A DNA stretch of 64,000 nucleotides, taken from assembly GCA_963677745.1 (NCBI GenBank), contig OY782391.1, positions 128,001 to 192,000 on the forward strand, written 5' to 3'. Position 1 is the first letter of the stretch. Each line of letters begins with the position of its first letter. Source of the DNA: Candidatus Altimarinota bacterium (GTDB taxonomy: Bacteria > Patescibacteriota > Gracilibacteria > UBA1369). The notes under the pieces are model-generated. The model was not told the DNA's origin. It saw only the letters and a list, made by a program, of their open reading frames with translations, and ran no database searches. The position numbers were made by a program, and so were the translations under genes. Shown here in pieces: positions 23,058 through 34,084 of the stretch.

Positions 23058-23280
23058 GTGAATTATTTCCTACAAAACAACGCGCCGAAAAATTATCACG
23101 GGCAATGAATAAATTCAACTTATTTCTTTGGAATTAATCACTTTAACTAACTTCACTTGTCAATATGCTCCATTTTGACAATTTGAAATAAACTAGGATA
23201 ATTGCGCCATTGACCCTGACTTGTACAATTAGTCAAAACAGGTCAGCTTCATGCCCCCCGACAAGAAGGAGAATTGAGCC

Positions 23281-23607
23281 ATGTCCATGTCCGACGCCGA
23301 ATTGCTGGTCCATGCCAGGAACCTTCGAGATCTGGCAAATCTGATCATCGCAGAACTTGAAGGCAGGCAAAAGGAGGTGCCTGCGCCGAACCCGGAACCT
23401 GAGCCCGCGCCCGTTGAAGTTACTTCCGTCGAAGCCACTCCCGTCGCCGAACCGGCATCCGTCGCTGAGACCGAGGCCCCCAAGGCCGAGGAACCCGCGC
23501 CGAACCCGGAACCTGAGCCCGCGCCCGTTGAAGTTACTTCCGTCGAAGCCACTCCCGTCGCCGAACCGGCATCCGTCGCTGAGACCGAGGCCCCCAAGGC
23601 CGAGTAG
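23281..23607 (+). CDS. Small acidic Pro/Glu/Ala-rich orphan protein with an internal duplication
   Basis: SD AAGGAG upstream; short helical N-terminus followed by two copies of PAPNPEPEPAPVEVTSVEATPVAEPASVAETEAPKAE; GC-rich relative to its neighbours. Confidence 0.65.
   Translation: MSMSDAELLVHARNLRDLANLIIAELEGRQKEVPAPNPEPEPAPVEVTSVEATPVAEPASVAETEAPKAEEPAPNPEPEPAPVEVTSVEATPVAEPASVAETEAPKAE
23383..23604. repeat. Perfect direct repeat, 2 x 108 bp with 114-bp period
   Basis: 23383-23490 is identical to 23497-23604 by eye. Confidence 0.92.
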
Positions 23608-23730
23608 CTTGCGAGGGACACCGTGCGTTCCCGGACAAAACAACCAGGAGGTTCATCACCAGAAGTTAATTTTTCAGGCCTCAACCGCCATTGTCAGCGT
23701 ATTCCGCTCGCCGTCGCGCAACAAACTCCC

Positions 23731-23778
23731 GGCTTTCCCGCACGGACGGCACCACGCTGCCGCCGTGCGGGAAACCAG
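23731..23778 (+). terminator. Strong GC-rich hairpin downstream of the repeat gene
   Basis: TTTCCCGCACGG...CGGCA-CCACGC-TGCCG...CCGTGCGGGAAA, followed by a pyrimidine-rich tract. Confidence 0.55.
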
Positions 23779-23857
23779 ATTTTCAATTCTCCTTCTTTCA
23801 TTTGAGCAATAACGATTCAGGTACTAGAATACAGCAGATCTTACCTGAAAATTTTCC

Positions 23858-24985
23858 ATGTCTTTAGCTCCCCTCAAAATTCTGCTTTACACGGATACCC
23901 CGCTTTATGGCGGTGCCGAGAAACAAATGCTGCTGCTGGCAAAACATCTGCATCTGGAAAAATATCTTCCGATAGTGGTATGTCGTCAGAGCGAAACTCT
24001 GGAGAAATGGTATAAGAATCTACAACAAGCCGGTATCCGTACAATCATTGTTAAGACAGCCTCCAAAAATTCTCCGATCAATTATCTGGAACTTTCCAAA
24101 ATTATCCGCAAGGAAAAACCGGCGCTGATTCACGCTCAGGTCTGGAATCCGGTGGCCTGTAAATTTGCCTATCTGGCCGCCTGGCGACACCGCATTCCCT
24201 TGGTCATCACCGAACATGACCCCTTTGCGCTAAAAGGACATCAGAGATTTTTAAAAAACCTGTTGCTCAGACTGCCCAAAAAAATCATCACCGTTTCCCA
24301 TGCCAACAGGGAGTTGATGAAAAGACTTTATCCTCATCAGGCTTATAAAATCGAAACCGTACATAACGGCATTGAAAACAAAACAGCCAATCTGTCCGAA
24401 CAACAGATCCTGAATATAAAAAAACAGCTTTTCCTGGCAGGGAAAGAAACTTTGATCGTTTTCTCGGCAGGCGCACTACACCCCCGCAAAGGGTACAAGT
24501 ATCTGATCAGTGCGTACAAAAAAATTATTCAGAAAATCGACAATATTAAACTGGTAATTGCCGGTAGCGGCCCCTCCGGATTATTTCTGGACAAATTAAT
24601 CAAAAATTTAAAACTGGAAAAGAAAGTTATGTTATTGGGACAGAGAGACGATATTGAAAATCTGATGCAGGCAGCTGATCTGTTTGTTCTGCCCAGTCTC
24701 AAAGAGGCTTTCGGACTGGTGATACTGGAAGCGATGCAAAACGGACTGCCGGTGGTGGCAAGTGAGGTCGGCGGCATTCCCGAAATCATTAACAATGATA
24801 ATCAGGGCTTACTGGTTAAACCCGCCAACAAAAATGAACTGGTCAAAGCAATTTTAAAACTGCTTGAGCATAATGAATTACGGAAAAAAATTAAACAAAA
24901 CGGACTACTGCGCTGGCAGGAATTCTCTGCCGATAAAATGGCCAGAAACACGGAAGCCGTTTATTATCGAGTTCTTAACACCTGA
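23858..24985 (+). CDS. Glycosyltransferase family 4 (GT-B)
   Basis: YGGAEK, ADLFVLPSLKEAFGLVILEAM, VGGIPE. Confidence 0.93.
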   Translation: MSLAPLKILLYTDTPLYGGAEKQMLLLAKHLHLEKYLPIVVCRQSETLEKWYKNLQQAGIRTIIVKTASKNSPINYLELSKIIRKEKPALIHAQVWNPVACKFAYLAAWRHRIPLVITEHDPFALKGHQRFLKNLLLRLPKKIITVSHANRELMKRLYPHQAYKIETVHNGIENKTANLSEQQILNIKKQLFLAGKETLIVFSAGALHPRKGYKYLISAYKKIIQKIDNIKLVIAGSGPSGLFLDKLIKNLKLEKKVMLLGQRDDIENLMQAADLFVLPSLKEAFGLVILEAMQNGLPVVASEVGGIPEIINNDNQGLLVKPANKNELVKAILKLLEHNELRKKIKQNGLLRWQEFSADKMARNTEAVYYRVLNT

Positions 24986-24996
24986 CCCCACCAACC

Positions 24997-26367
24997 ATGA
25001 AAGTAAAAAGCATCCAAGTCTGCCAGAAATGCGGCTTTCAAAGCCCCAAATGGTTGGGACGCTGCCCCGATTGCCAGGAATGGAACAGTTTTACCGAAGA
25101 AACTCAGGTCACGGCCACCAAAGCCAATTCCATCAGTACCTCCCGGCATGAACATAAACCCGTCAACACCGTCCTCAAACTGCACGAACACCAGGAAAAC
25201 GCCATCAGCCGCTTTCCGGTTAGATTTCCCGATTTAAACACGGTACTGGGCGGCGGAGTAAAGATCGGCAGTCTGATTTTACTGAGCGGGGAACCGGGTA
25301 TCGGCAAATCCACACTGACTCTGGAACTGTGCAGCGATGCCGTAGCCGCCCGGCTGAGCGTACTTTATATTTCCGGTGAAGAGTCTTCAGACCAGATAGC
25401 TTCCCGGGCCCGCCGCCTGGGGATTCAATCCGACCAGATTTCACTGCTCTCCGAAACCTGCCTGGAAAACATTCTCGGCCAACTGGAAACCCTTACTCCC
25501 CAGGTACTTGTAATTGACTCCATCCAGGTCCTCTATTCCCTGGATATCGGCTCCCTACCCGGCAGCATCAGTCAAATCCGCTACTGCACCGAAAGACTGA
25601 TGGAAGTCTGCAAAAGCCGCCAAATCACCTGTCTGATCGTCGGACATGTCAACAAAGAAGGCGAATTGGCCGGCCCCAAAGTGCTGGAACATCTGGTCGA
25701 CACCGTCTTGTTTATCGAAGGGGAACGCCACCAGCAGCTGCGTCTGATCCGCGGACTAAAAAACCGCTATGGCTCAACCAACGAGGTGGCCATTATGGAA
25801 ATGACCGAAAAAGGACTCACCGAAGTCTCCAATCCTTCCGAACTCTTTCTGCAGGGTCGAAAATTCCAGGCCCTGGGATCCGCCATTACGGTTACCCTGG
25901 AAGGCAGCCGCCCTTTGCTTTTGGAAGTACAGGCCCTGACCAACCCCACAATTTTCGGCTATCCCAAACGCACTGCCAGCGGTTTTGACCTCAATCGCCT
26001 GCAACTGATCGGGGCTGTTTTACAGAAATATCTGAAATTAAATCTCAATTCCCAGGATATTTACGCTAATGTGGTAGGAGGATTCAAACTCAGTGAACCG
26101 TCCGTCGATTTGAGTCTAGCCATGGCCATCATTTCCTCCTATAAAAAAATACCGCTGCCGGAAAAATCGGTTTTTCTGGGGGAAATCGGTCTATCCGGTG
26201 AACTCCGCCCGGTCAGCCATCTGGAAAAACGCATCAAAGAAGCCACCAAACTGGGCTTTACCACCATCGTCACAGCTGCTTCCACAAAAGCCGTGTCATC
26301 CGGAGGACAAAGCAAAATACTGACTGTGAATGACCTGGAGCAGGCAGCCAAATTATTTTTCTCCTGA
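24997..26367 (+). CDS. radA: DNA repair protein RadA/Sms
   Basis: C4 zinc finger, GEPGIGKST, DSIQ, KNRYG, Lon-like C-terminus. Confidence 0.97.
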   Translation: MKVKSIQVCQKCGFQSPKWLGRCPDCQEWNSFTEETQVTATKANSISTSRHEHKPVNTVLKLHEHQENAISRFPVRFPDLNTVLGGGVKIGSLILLSGEPGIGKSTLTLELCSDAVAARLSVLYISGEESSDQIASRARRLGIQSDQISLLSETCLENILGQLETLTPQVLVIDSIQVLYSLDIGSLPGSISQIRYCTERLMEVCKSRQITCLIVGHVNKEGELAGPKVLEHLVDTVLFIEGERHQQLRLIRGLKNRYGSTNEVAIMEMTEKGLTEVSNPSELFLQGRKFQALGSAITVTLEGSRPLLLEVQALTNPTIFGYPKRTASGFDLNRLQLIGAVLQKYLKLNLNSQDIYANVVGGFKLSEPSVDLSLAMAIISSYKKIPLPEKSVFLGEIGLSGELRPVSHLEKRIKEATKLGFTTIVTAASTKAVSSGGQSKILTVNDLEQAAKLFFS

Positions 26368-26377
26368 ATCCCCTTTT

Positions 26378-27163
26378 TTATTCGAGCCGGAAAAACTTTA
26401 CGGCATTGGCAGTTGTCTCCTCTGCCACCTGTTCCACAGACTGTCCGCGCAACTGCGCGACCTGCAGGGCAATCTCTTTTACGTAGGCCGGTTCATTCCG
26501 TTGGCCCCGATGTGTCTGGGGCGGCAAAAAAGGACAATCGGTTTCCAGCATATAAAGCGACTGCGGCACCCTTCTTACAATATCCATCAAGACCGTGTTT
26601 TTCGGATAAGTCACCGTGGCGGTAAATGATGTTAAAAATCCCCTCTCCCAAGCCCAGTCAGCTTGTTCCAGACTGCCACTAAAACAATGTAAAACCGCTT
26701 TTTTCACGTTCATTTCCTCCAAAATTTTTCTGGAATCCTCAAAGGCCTCGCGAATATGAATAACAACAGGCAGATCAAACTCCCCAGCCAGCTCCAGCAA
26801 ACGCCGGAATCCCTCCCGCTGCAGCTCCGGAGTCTGTATATTTCTGTAATAATCCAAACCGATTTCCCCAATCGCCACCGGCAGTTTTTTCAAACCGGAA
26901 TACTCACCGGTTCGCGTCAGAACCTGCCTGATTATTCTCAAATTATCATTGTTTATCTGATTTGCCTCATGGGGATGGATGCCGATCACCCATGATAATT
27001 CCTCATGTTTCTGTGCAAATTCACAGGCCCGCAGTGAATCGGACATCTCACAGCCGATCAGAACCTGTCTGGTCACACCGGCCTCCCTGGCCCTCTCCAA
27101 AACCTCCGGATAATCCGGAAAACTCTTGTGAAAATGCAGATGTGAATGTGAATCGATTAACAC
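26378..27163 (-). CDS. tatD: TatD-family nuclease
   Basis: DSHSHL, GIHPH, GEIGLDY, HCFSG, ETDCPFL, RNEP. Confidence 0.95.
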   Translation of the reverse strand: MLIDSHSHLHFHKSFPDYPEVLERAREAGVTRQVLIGCEMSDSLRACEFAQKHEELSWVIGIHPHEANQINNDNLRIIRQVLTRTGEYSGLKKLPVAIGEIGLDYYRNIQTPELQREGFRRLLELAGEFDLPVVIHIREAFEDSRKILEEMNVKKAVLHCFSGSLEQADWAWERGFLTSFTATVTYPKNTVLMDIVRRVPQSLYMLETDCPFLPPQTHRGQRNEPAYVKEIALQVAQLRGQSVEQVAEETTANAVKFFRLE

Positions 27164-27211
27164 ACTGAATAAATTAAACTATACTGTAACGGCAAAACTT
27201 TAGATCAAAAC

Positions 27212-27550
27212 ATGGAAAACGACAATCAAATACTAATCCGTCTCCTGCAGGAACAGAACCAAACTCTGCATAAACTGCTAGACTTCCACCTGCAAAAAGA
27301 AAAGCGAGAATTACGCAATAAAATCATCCATTACCTGATTCTGGCCATCCCCTATATTATCCTGATCATTCTGGGATATTACGTATATATGGGGCTGAAA
27401 AGCTATCTGGACGCCATCAACAACAATATCAAAACCATCCAGGACGGTTATCTTTCCATCCAGACATCCATGCAGGGAATGATTGATAAAGTTTCCGGAA
27501 TCCCCGGACAAATCAGCTCTTCACTCAGTAACCTGAATCCCTTCCAATAA
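27212..27550 (+). CDS. Hypothetical single-TM coiled-coil protein
   Basis: 112-aa ORF with one central TM helix; fills the gap between tatD and prfA. Confidence 0.7.
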   Translation: MENDNQILIRLLQEQNQTLHKLLDFHLQKEKRELRNKIIHYLILAIPYIILIILGYYVYMGLKSYLDAINNNIKTIQDGYLSIQTSMQGMIDKVSGIPGQISSSLSNLNPFQ

Positions 27551-27556
27551 GTTAAA

Positions 27557-28636
27557 TTACACTCCGGCCGCCTGGGACAGTTTCTGGGCCTGATCCTCCA
27601 TGCGGAGCGACTCAAAAATGTCCTGCAAATCCCCTTCCATAATCGCCGGCAAATTTGACCAGTTTTTATTGATGCGATGATCGGTGATTCTGTCCTGGGG
27701 AAAATTATAAGTGCGAATCTTTTCCGAACGGTCGCCTGTTCCGATCTGCGCCAGCCGCTGTTCTCCCAGCTCCTTCTGTCGTTTTTCCTGCTCCATGGCA
27801 TACAGTCTGGTACGTAAAATTTCCATGGCACGAGCTTTGTTTTTGAGCTGTGACTTCTCATCCTGCATCGATACCACCAACCCCGAGGGAATATGAGTGA
27901 TACGCACGGCGGAATCAGTTGTATTGACACTTTGCCCCCCCGGCCCTCCGGCTCTGAACACATCAATCTTAAGATCGGAATCTTTGATCTGTACATCAAC
28001 TTCCTCCGCTTCCGGCAATACGGCAACCGTAATCGTTGAGGTGTGTACCCTGCCTTTGCTTTCCGTGACGGGAACCCTTTGCACCCGGTGAACGCCTGAC
28101 TCGTATTTCATCAGACCATAGGGCATTTCCCCGCCCGTCACCTTGAAAATCATTTCCTTGATACCCCCCGCCTGGGCCTCGCTCTGTCCGATCATTTCGA
28201 TTTTATAACGGTTGCTTTCCAGATATTTCATATAAGCCCTGGCCAGTTCGGCGCCAAATAGAGCAGCCTCTTCACCTCCAGCTCCGGCTCTGATTTCCAC
28301 AATGGCGTTTTTAAAATCATTGGGATCCTTGGGCAGTAATTCCACCTTGATGGCTTCATCGATTTTCAACACTTCCTCCTTGGCCGTTTTCAGTTGTTCC
28401 TTGGCAAATTCTCGCATTTCCTCATCGCTTTCCTGTGCCAAAAGCTCTTCTGAATCCTTGATCTGCTGTTCATATTTTTTATACTCACGGAAAAAACCGA
28501 CCACTCTGGAAAGTTCCTTATGTCTGCGGGTCAATTTCAAATATTCGGCCTGTCTGGTCATCATCTCCGGATCAGCCATTTCCTTTTCCAGTTTAAAAAA
28601 CTCGTTCTCCAGATTCTGTAATTTGTCGATCATCAT
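27557..28636 (-). CDS. prfA: Peptide chain release factor 1
   Basis: PVT recognition motif, [15 protein letters not shown]. Confidence 0.97.
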   Translation of the reverse strand: MMIDKLQNLENEFFKLEKEMADPEMMTRQAEYLKLTRRHKELSRVVGFFREYKKYEQQIKDSEELLAQESDEEMREFAKEQLKTAKEEVLKIDEAIKVELLPKDPNDFKNAIVEIRAGAGGEEAALFGAELARAYMKYLESNRYKIEMIGQSEAQAGGIKEMIFKVTGGEMPYGLMKYESGVHRVQRVPVTESKGRVHTSTITVAVLPEAEEVDVQIKDSDLKIDVFRAGGPGGQSVNTTDSAVRITHIPSGLVVSMQDEKSQLKNKARAMEILRTRLYAMEQEKRQKELGEQRLAQIGTGDRSEKIRTYNFPQDRITDHRINKNWSNLPAIMEGDLQDIFESLRMEDQAQKLSQAAGV

Positions 28637-28648
28637 AAACAGCTTTCA

Positions 28649-29506
28649 TTAAACGTTATTTTGACTGTAAAACTCTACCACAAATACCCTGGGAATCCCA
28701 GCCAAATCGGGAATCACACGGTAATCATGTCCACGAAAATATTTTTTCAGAATCTTTTCCATTTCCTCCTGCTGGCCGAAACCAAATTCCCCGGCCAGAA
28801 AATCCGGCTTCCAGTGTTTTTTCTTTAATTGTGCAAACATTTTCCTGTACAACTCCAAGCCGTCCGATCCGCCGTATAAAGCCACTTCCGGCTCATGTTT
28901 TGCAACATTTTCCGCAATAAAATGAAACCTGTCCTTGCCGATATATGGCAGATTTGCCACCATCACCTGCACCGGCTCCGTCAGTCCGCTCAGCAAATCA
29001 CTTTCCAGCCAGGTAACTTTATCGGCCAGCCCCAGGTTTTCGGCATTTTTTCTGGCCACCTCCAAAGCTTTTCCGGAGATTTCCAAGCCGATTCCCCTGC
29101 CAAAACCCAAAGTTTTGAGAATTGCCAGCAAAATACAGCCCGACCCCGTCCCCACATCCGCTACCACCAGCCGGCCTCCATAACCGTGTCCGTCCAAATA
29201 TTCCTTGACCAGCTCCACCAACAGTTCGGACTCGGGCCGCGGGATCAGTACATCACCATTCACCCGAAAATCCAGCCCGTAAAATTCCTTATGGCCGGTC
29301 AGCTGGGCCAGCGGCTTCCCCGCGGCCATCTCCTGAACGCCCGTCAAAAACTTTTCAGTTATTGCAGGGCTGACCCGGTGACCGGGATAGGCAAACAAAA
29401 AAGCCCGGTCTTTCTCCAGCAGTTCAGCCAGCCATACTTCGGCCGCCAGACGGTCCGTCAGACCTATTTCTTTTACCTGTCCCAATAATTGTTCAACCTT
29501 GATCAT
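28649..29506 (-). CDS. prmC: Release factor glutamine methyltransferase
   Basis: VLIPRPESE, DVGTGSGC, ANLPY, ALYGGSDGL; adjacent to prfA. Confidence 0.95.
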   Translation of the reverse strand: MIKVEQLLGQVKEIGLTDRLAAEVWLAELLEKDRAFLFAYPGHRVSPAITEKFLTGVQEMAAGKPLAQLTGHKEFYGLDFRVNGDVLIPRPESELLVELVKEYLDGHGYGGRLVVADVGTGSGCILLAILKTLGFGRGIGLEISGKALEVARKNAENLGLADKVTWLESDLLSGLTEPVQVMVANLPYIGKDRFHFIAENVAKHEPEVALYGGSDGLELYRKMFAQLKKKHWKPDFLAGEFGFGQQEEMEKILKKYFRGHDYRVIPDLAGIPRVFVVEFYSQNNV

Positions 29507-29558
29507 CAATTTTAATATTTTCCGTAAATACTCACTCGCGACACCTGCAAAAATGCAT

Positions 29559-29597
29559 AAAAAAAGAGCTTTAAGTTGATTAACACCTTAAAGCTCC
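29559..29597 (-). terminator. Intrinsic terminator after rpsU
   Basis: GAGCTTTAAG...CTTAAAGCTC stem followed by T7 on the minus strand. Confidence 0.7.
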
Positions 29598-29605
29598 CTT
29601 TACTG

Positions 29606-29812
29606 TTAATAATATTTCATCTTCTCTCTCTTGCTCCTGTGCATGTCGCGCATAACAGCTGCGGCACGAATTTGTCTCTTTCTCAGGGGTTTTTTGAAAT
29701 ATCGGCGGCTTTTCAGCTGCAAAATAACACGGCTGGACTGAACCTTCTTGTTGAACCTCGCGATCAGCCTGTCCACGGATTCTTTGGGATTCCTGATTAC
29801 TTTTATTGCCAT
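29606..29812 (-). CDS. rpsU: 30S ribosomal protein bS21
   Basis: 68 aa, basic; ESVDRLIARFNKKV and RRYFKKP motifs. Confidence 0.82.
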   Translation of the reverse strand: MAIKVIRNPKESVDRLIARFNKKVQSSRVILQLKSRRYFKKPLRKRQIRAAAVMRDMHRSKREKMKYY

Positions 29813-29900
29813 ATGTTATTACCCCCTTTCAATGTAGTTAATTGTAAAGCCAACAGAGTATGCATTTTGATACCGGATCTTGTCAAATTAAAACCTTTTA

Positions 29901-31856
<1,956 letters not shown>

Positions 31857-31900
31857 CTATTCTACACAACTCCCGGATAAAAGACAATTGAACTTTCAGC

Positions 31901-33943
31901 CTAAGTTGGTCGTTTTACTCTAGGTACTTTTACCGGTTCGGTAGTCGTGGTGGTAGTCGTCCCGGTGGTAATCTGATTCTGGGTTGTAGTCACCGTCCCG
32001 TCAATATTGGTCATAACAACTTCTTCATTGATCAGAGGCTCGGTAACAACCGCAGGCTCAGCTGAAATAATGGTACCCAATTCAAACTGATTGCTGGCAC
32101 CGGTAACTTTCTTCGCCATCTCCTCAGCCAATTGCTCAATTGATATTTCCTGCTGATAATCCTTCTTGAACTGTTCATACCTCTGCCGTGGCGTCGCCCC
32201 TTTCTGGCTGGAACTTACATATTCCGGAGAGTTCAGGAATTTGCTGAACAAAGCGAAATCCTCCAGTCTGTCAGTAAACAGCGCTTTCACCGCCACCTGA
32301 TAATCGGCCGGCAGTTCTATCTTGGAAATCTCCGAAAACAACAGTGCCAATATATTCTGGGCATCCGCCAACAGCGGAATTTTTCCGTCCAGATAGAAAT
32401 TTTCCAGTTTTTTCAAAAAATCAATTCTCTGGGCAATCACGTTCTGAATTTCCTCTGCCCGGTCTTTACCTTTGGGTAAAAGCGTCAGATATTTATTTTC
32501 CACAAACAATTTTTTGGTGAAATACTTTTCCCGATAAAGTGCAAAATATTGAGTAAATAAATTGTCCAGCCCCTGGTTTTGTCTCTGTACATAAGTAATA
32601 TTCTCCGAGATTTCCTGCGGGTATTTATTAATCAGATCCTTGAAGGAAGTCATATAGGACTCGAAAACCTGATCCATGTTTTTGGTTTCAGTGCTTTCGG
32701 CATAATACCCGATCGTGGAAAGAGTCTCTGTCAAAAACACAAACTTCATCGACAACTCCTCGGGTCTGCCTTTTATGGAATCCAGATAAATTTTTTCCAA
32801 AACCTGTTTGAGTGAAAACAGGGAATCCACCGGATTGGCAAAGGAAAGATATTCATATTCAGCCTTTACCCTATCGATATAGCCCTGCTTTAAATCCTCC
32901 CCGTATACCATAAAGAGCTCATTGGCCATAGTTGTGAAAGACTCCAGCCTGACCTGAGCTTCCTCTTTACGGCCGTTGTCAAAAAGATATTGCGCATCGT
33001 AGAGCAAATCATAAAGAGCATCCAGATTCCGTTTTCCCACTCTTTCATCTGAAAAAGTCAGTGTGTTGGAAAAATCCCTGATCGATTGATCAAGCTTGTA
33101 ATTGGAAGCGTCCAATGAAGAATATTTAAGTCCTCTGGTTCGTATTTTTTCCAGACGTTCGTTACGGATCTTTGTGGTAAGTGTCATATCCTTCTCGACA
33201 TTTAAACTTAACCACTGATCTGAAATCAAAGTTTTGACGTCAAACAGACTGTAATTGAACTCTTTTACCATCTTGGAAAAAAGCAGCTTGGAAATGGTCG
33301 TCATGTTTTCCTTTACCTTGTCGGCATAAACGGTGGAAGTGGTACCCTGCGGCAAATAAAGTTTGTTCAAAATCTCAGCATTGTTTTCATCAATTACTTT
33401 ATTGGACTCATAATCGGTCGCGACCAGCGCCAAAACAGCATCGTTTTTATTTATATATACTGAGGCAACCCCTTCTTTTTGTTCGGCAAAAACGATACTC
33501 TGACCGGGAAACACAACCGCCGCCTCCAGAGACAAATTCACATCGGCATTACTATAAAGATTGTTCAACCAGATCCTCCCCTGTCTGACCTGAAAAGTAT
33601 ATTTCATTGTCTCGTTGTCCTGGAAAGAAAGCAGGACTTTTGTCTGCCGGTCCAACCGCAATTCGCCGCCCCGGGCAAATTTGAGTACAACGTTATCTGC
33701 CGTTTTTGAATCAACAATGTCGCCGGTTTCCAGTGGCTTTCCGTCACTCAACAGTTTTTCCTCTCCGGCCCGATTTACGGAAACTCTTTCCTTGTCATCC
33801 ATACTGATCACCACTTGACTGCCCCTCTCCGAAGAGACCACCATGGTCAATCCTCCCTCATAAAAAAACGACCAGACAAACAACATCAGGGCCAATCCCA
33901 TCAGGACCAGAAGGTGAACCAGTTTTGACAGCAATTTTTTCAT
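31901..33943 (-). CDS. Large membrane-anchored protein with N-terminal FecR-like beta domain, helical core and Thr-rich tail
   Basis: N-terminal TM; LETGDIVDS...GGELRLDRQTKV...VRQGRIW is FecR-like; ATG at 33943 preferred over the upstream TTG. Confidence 0.7.
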   Translation of the reverse strand: MKKLLSKLVHLLVLMGLALMLFVWSFFYEGGLTMVVSSERGSQVVISMDDKERVSVNRAGEEKLLSDGKPLETGDIVDSKTADNVVLKFARGGELRLDRQTKVLLSFQDNETMKYTFQVRQGRIWLNNLYSNADVNLSLEAAVVFPGQSIVFAEQKEGVASVYINKNDAVLALVATDYESNKVIDENNAEILNKLYLPQGTTSTVYADKVKENMTTISKLLFSKMVKEFNYSLFDVKTLISDQWLSLNVEKDMTLTTKIRNERLEKIRTRGLKYSSLDASNYKLDQSIRDFSNTLTFSDERVGKRNLDALYDLLYDAQYLFDNGRKEEAQVRLESFTTMANELFMVYGEDLKQGYIDRVKAEYEYLSFANPVDSLFSLKQVLEKIYLDSIKGRPEELSMKFVFLTETLSTIGYYAESTETKNMDQVFESYMTSFKDLINKYPQEISENITYVQRQNQGLDNLFTQYFALYREKYFTKKLFVENKYLTLLPKGKDRAEEIQNVIAQRIDFLKKLENFYLDGKIPLLADAQNILALLFSEISKIELPADYQVAVKALFTDRLEDFALFSKFLNSPEYVSSSQKGATPRQRYEQFKKDYQQEISIEQLAEEMAKKVTGASNQFELGTIISAEPAVVTEPLINEEVVMTNIDGTVTTTQNQITTGTTTTTTTEPVKVPRVKRPT

Positions 33944-34084
33944 TTGGACAAAGGCATAATTCAATCCCTACATTATACCCTTTTTTAGTCCTTTTGGTCA
34001 ATTTCGGAACAACCTTTTCCGGGTAATTTTACTTACAGGTCAAAAAGAGTAAAATACAAACATCCAAAAGACTAAAAACAACAA

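Noticed and set aside
23229-23812. CRISPR array, or alternative-frame ORFs over the repeat
   Set aside because: Only two long in-frame copies, no spacers and no cas genes; only the 23281 frame has an SD and promoter.
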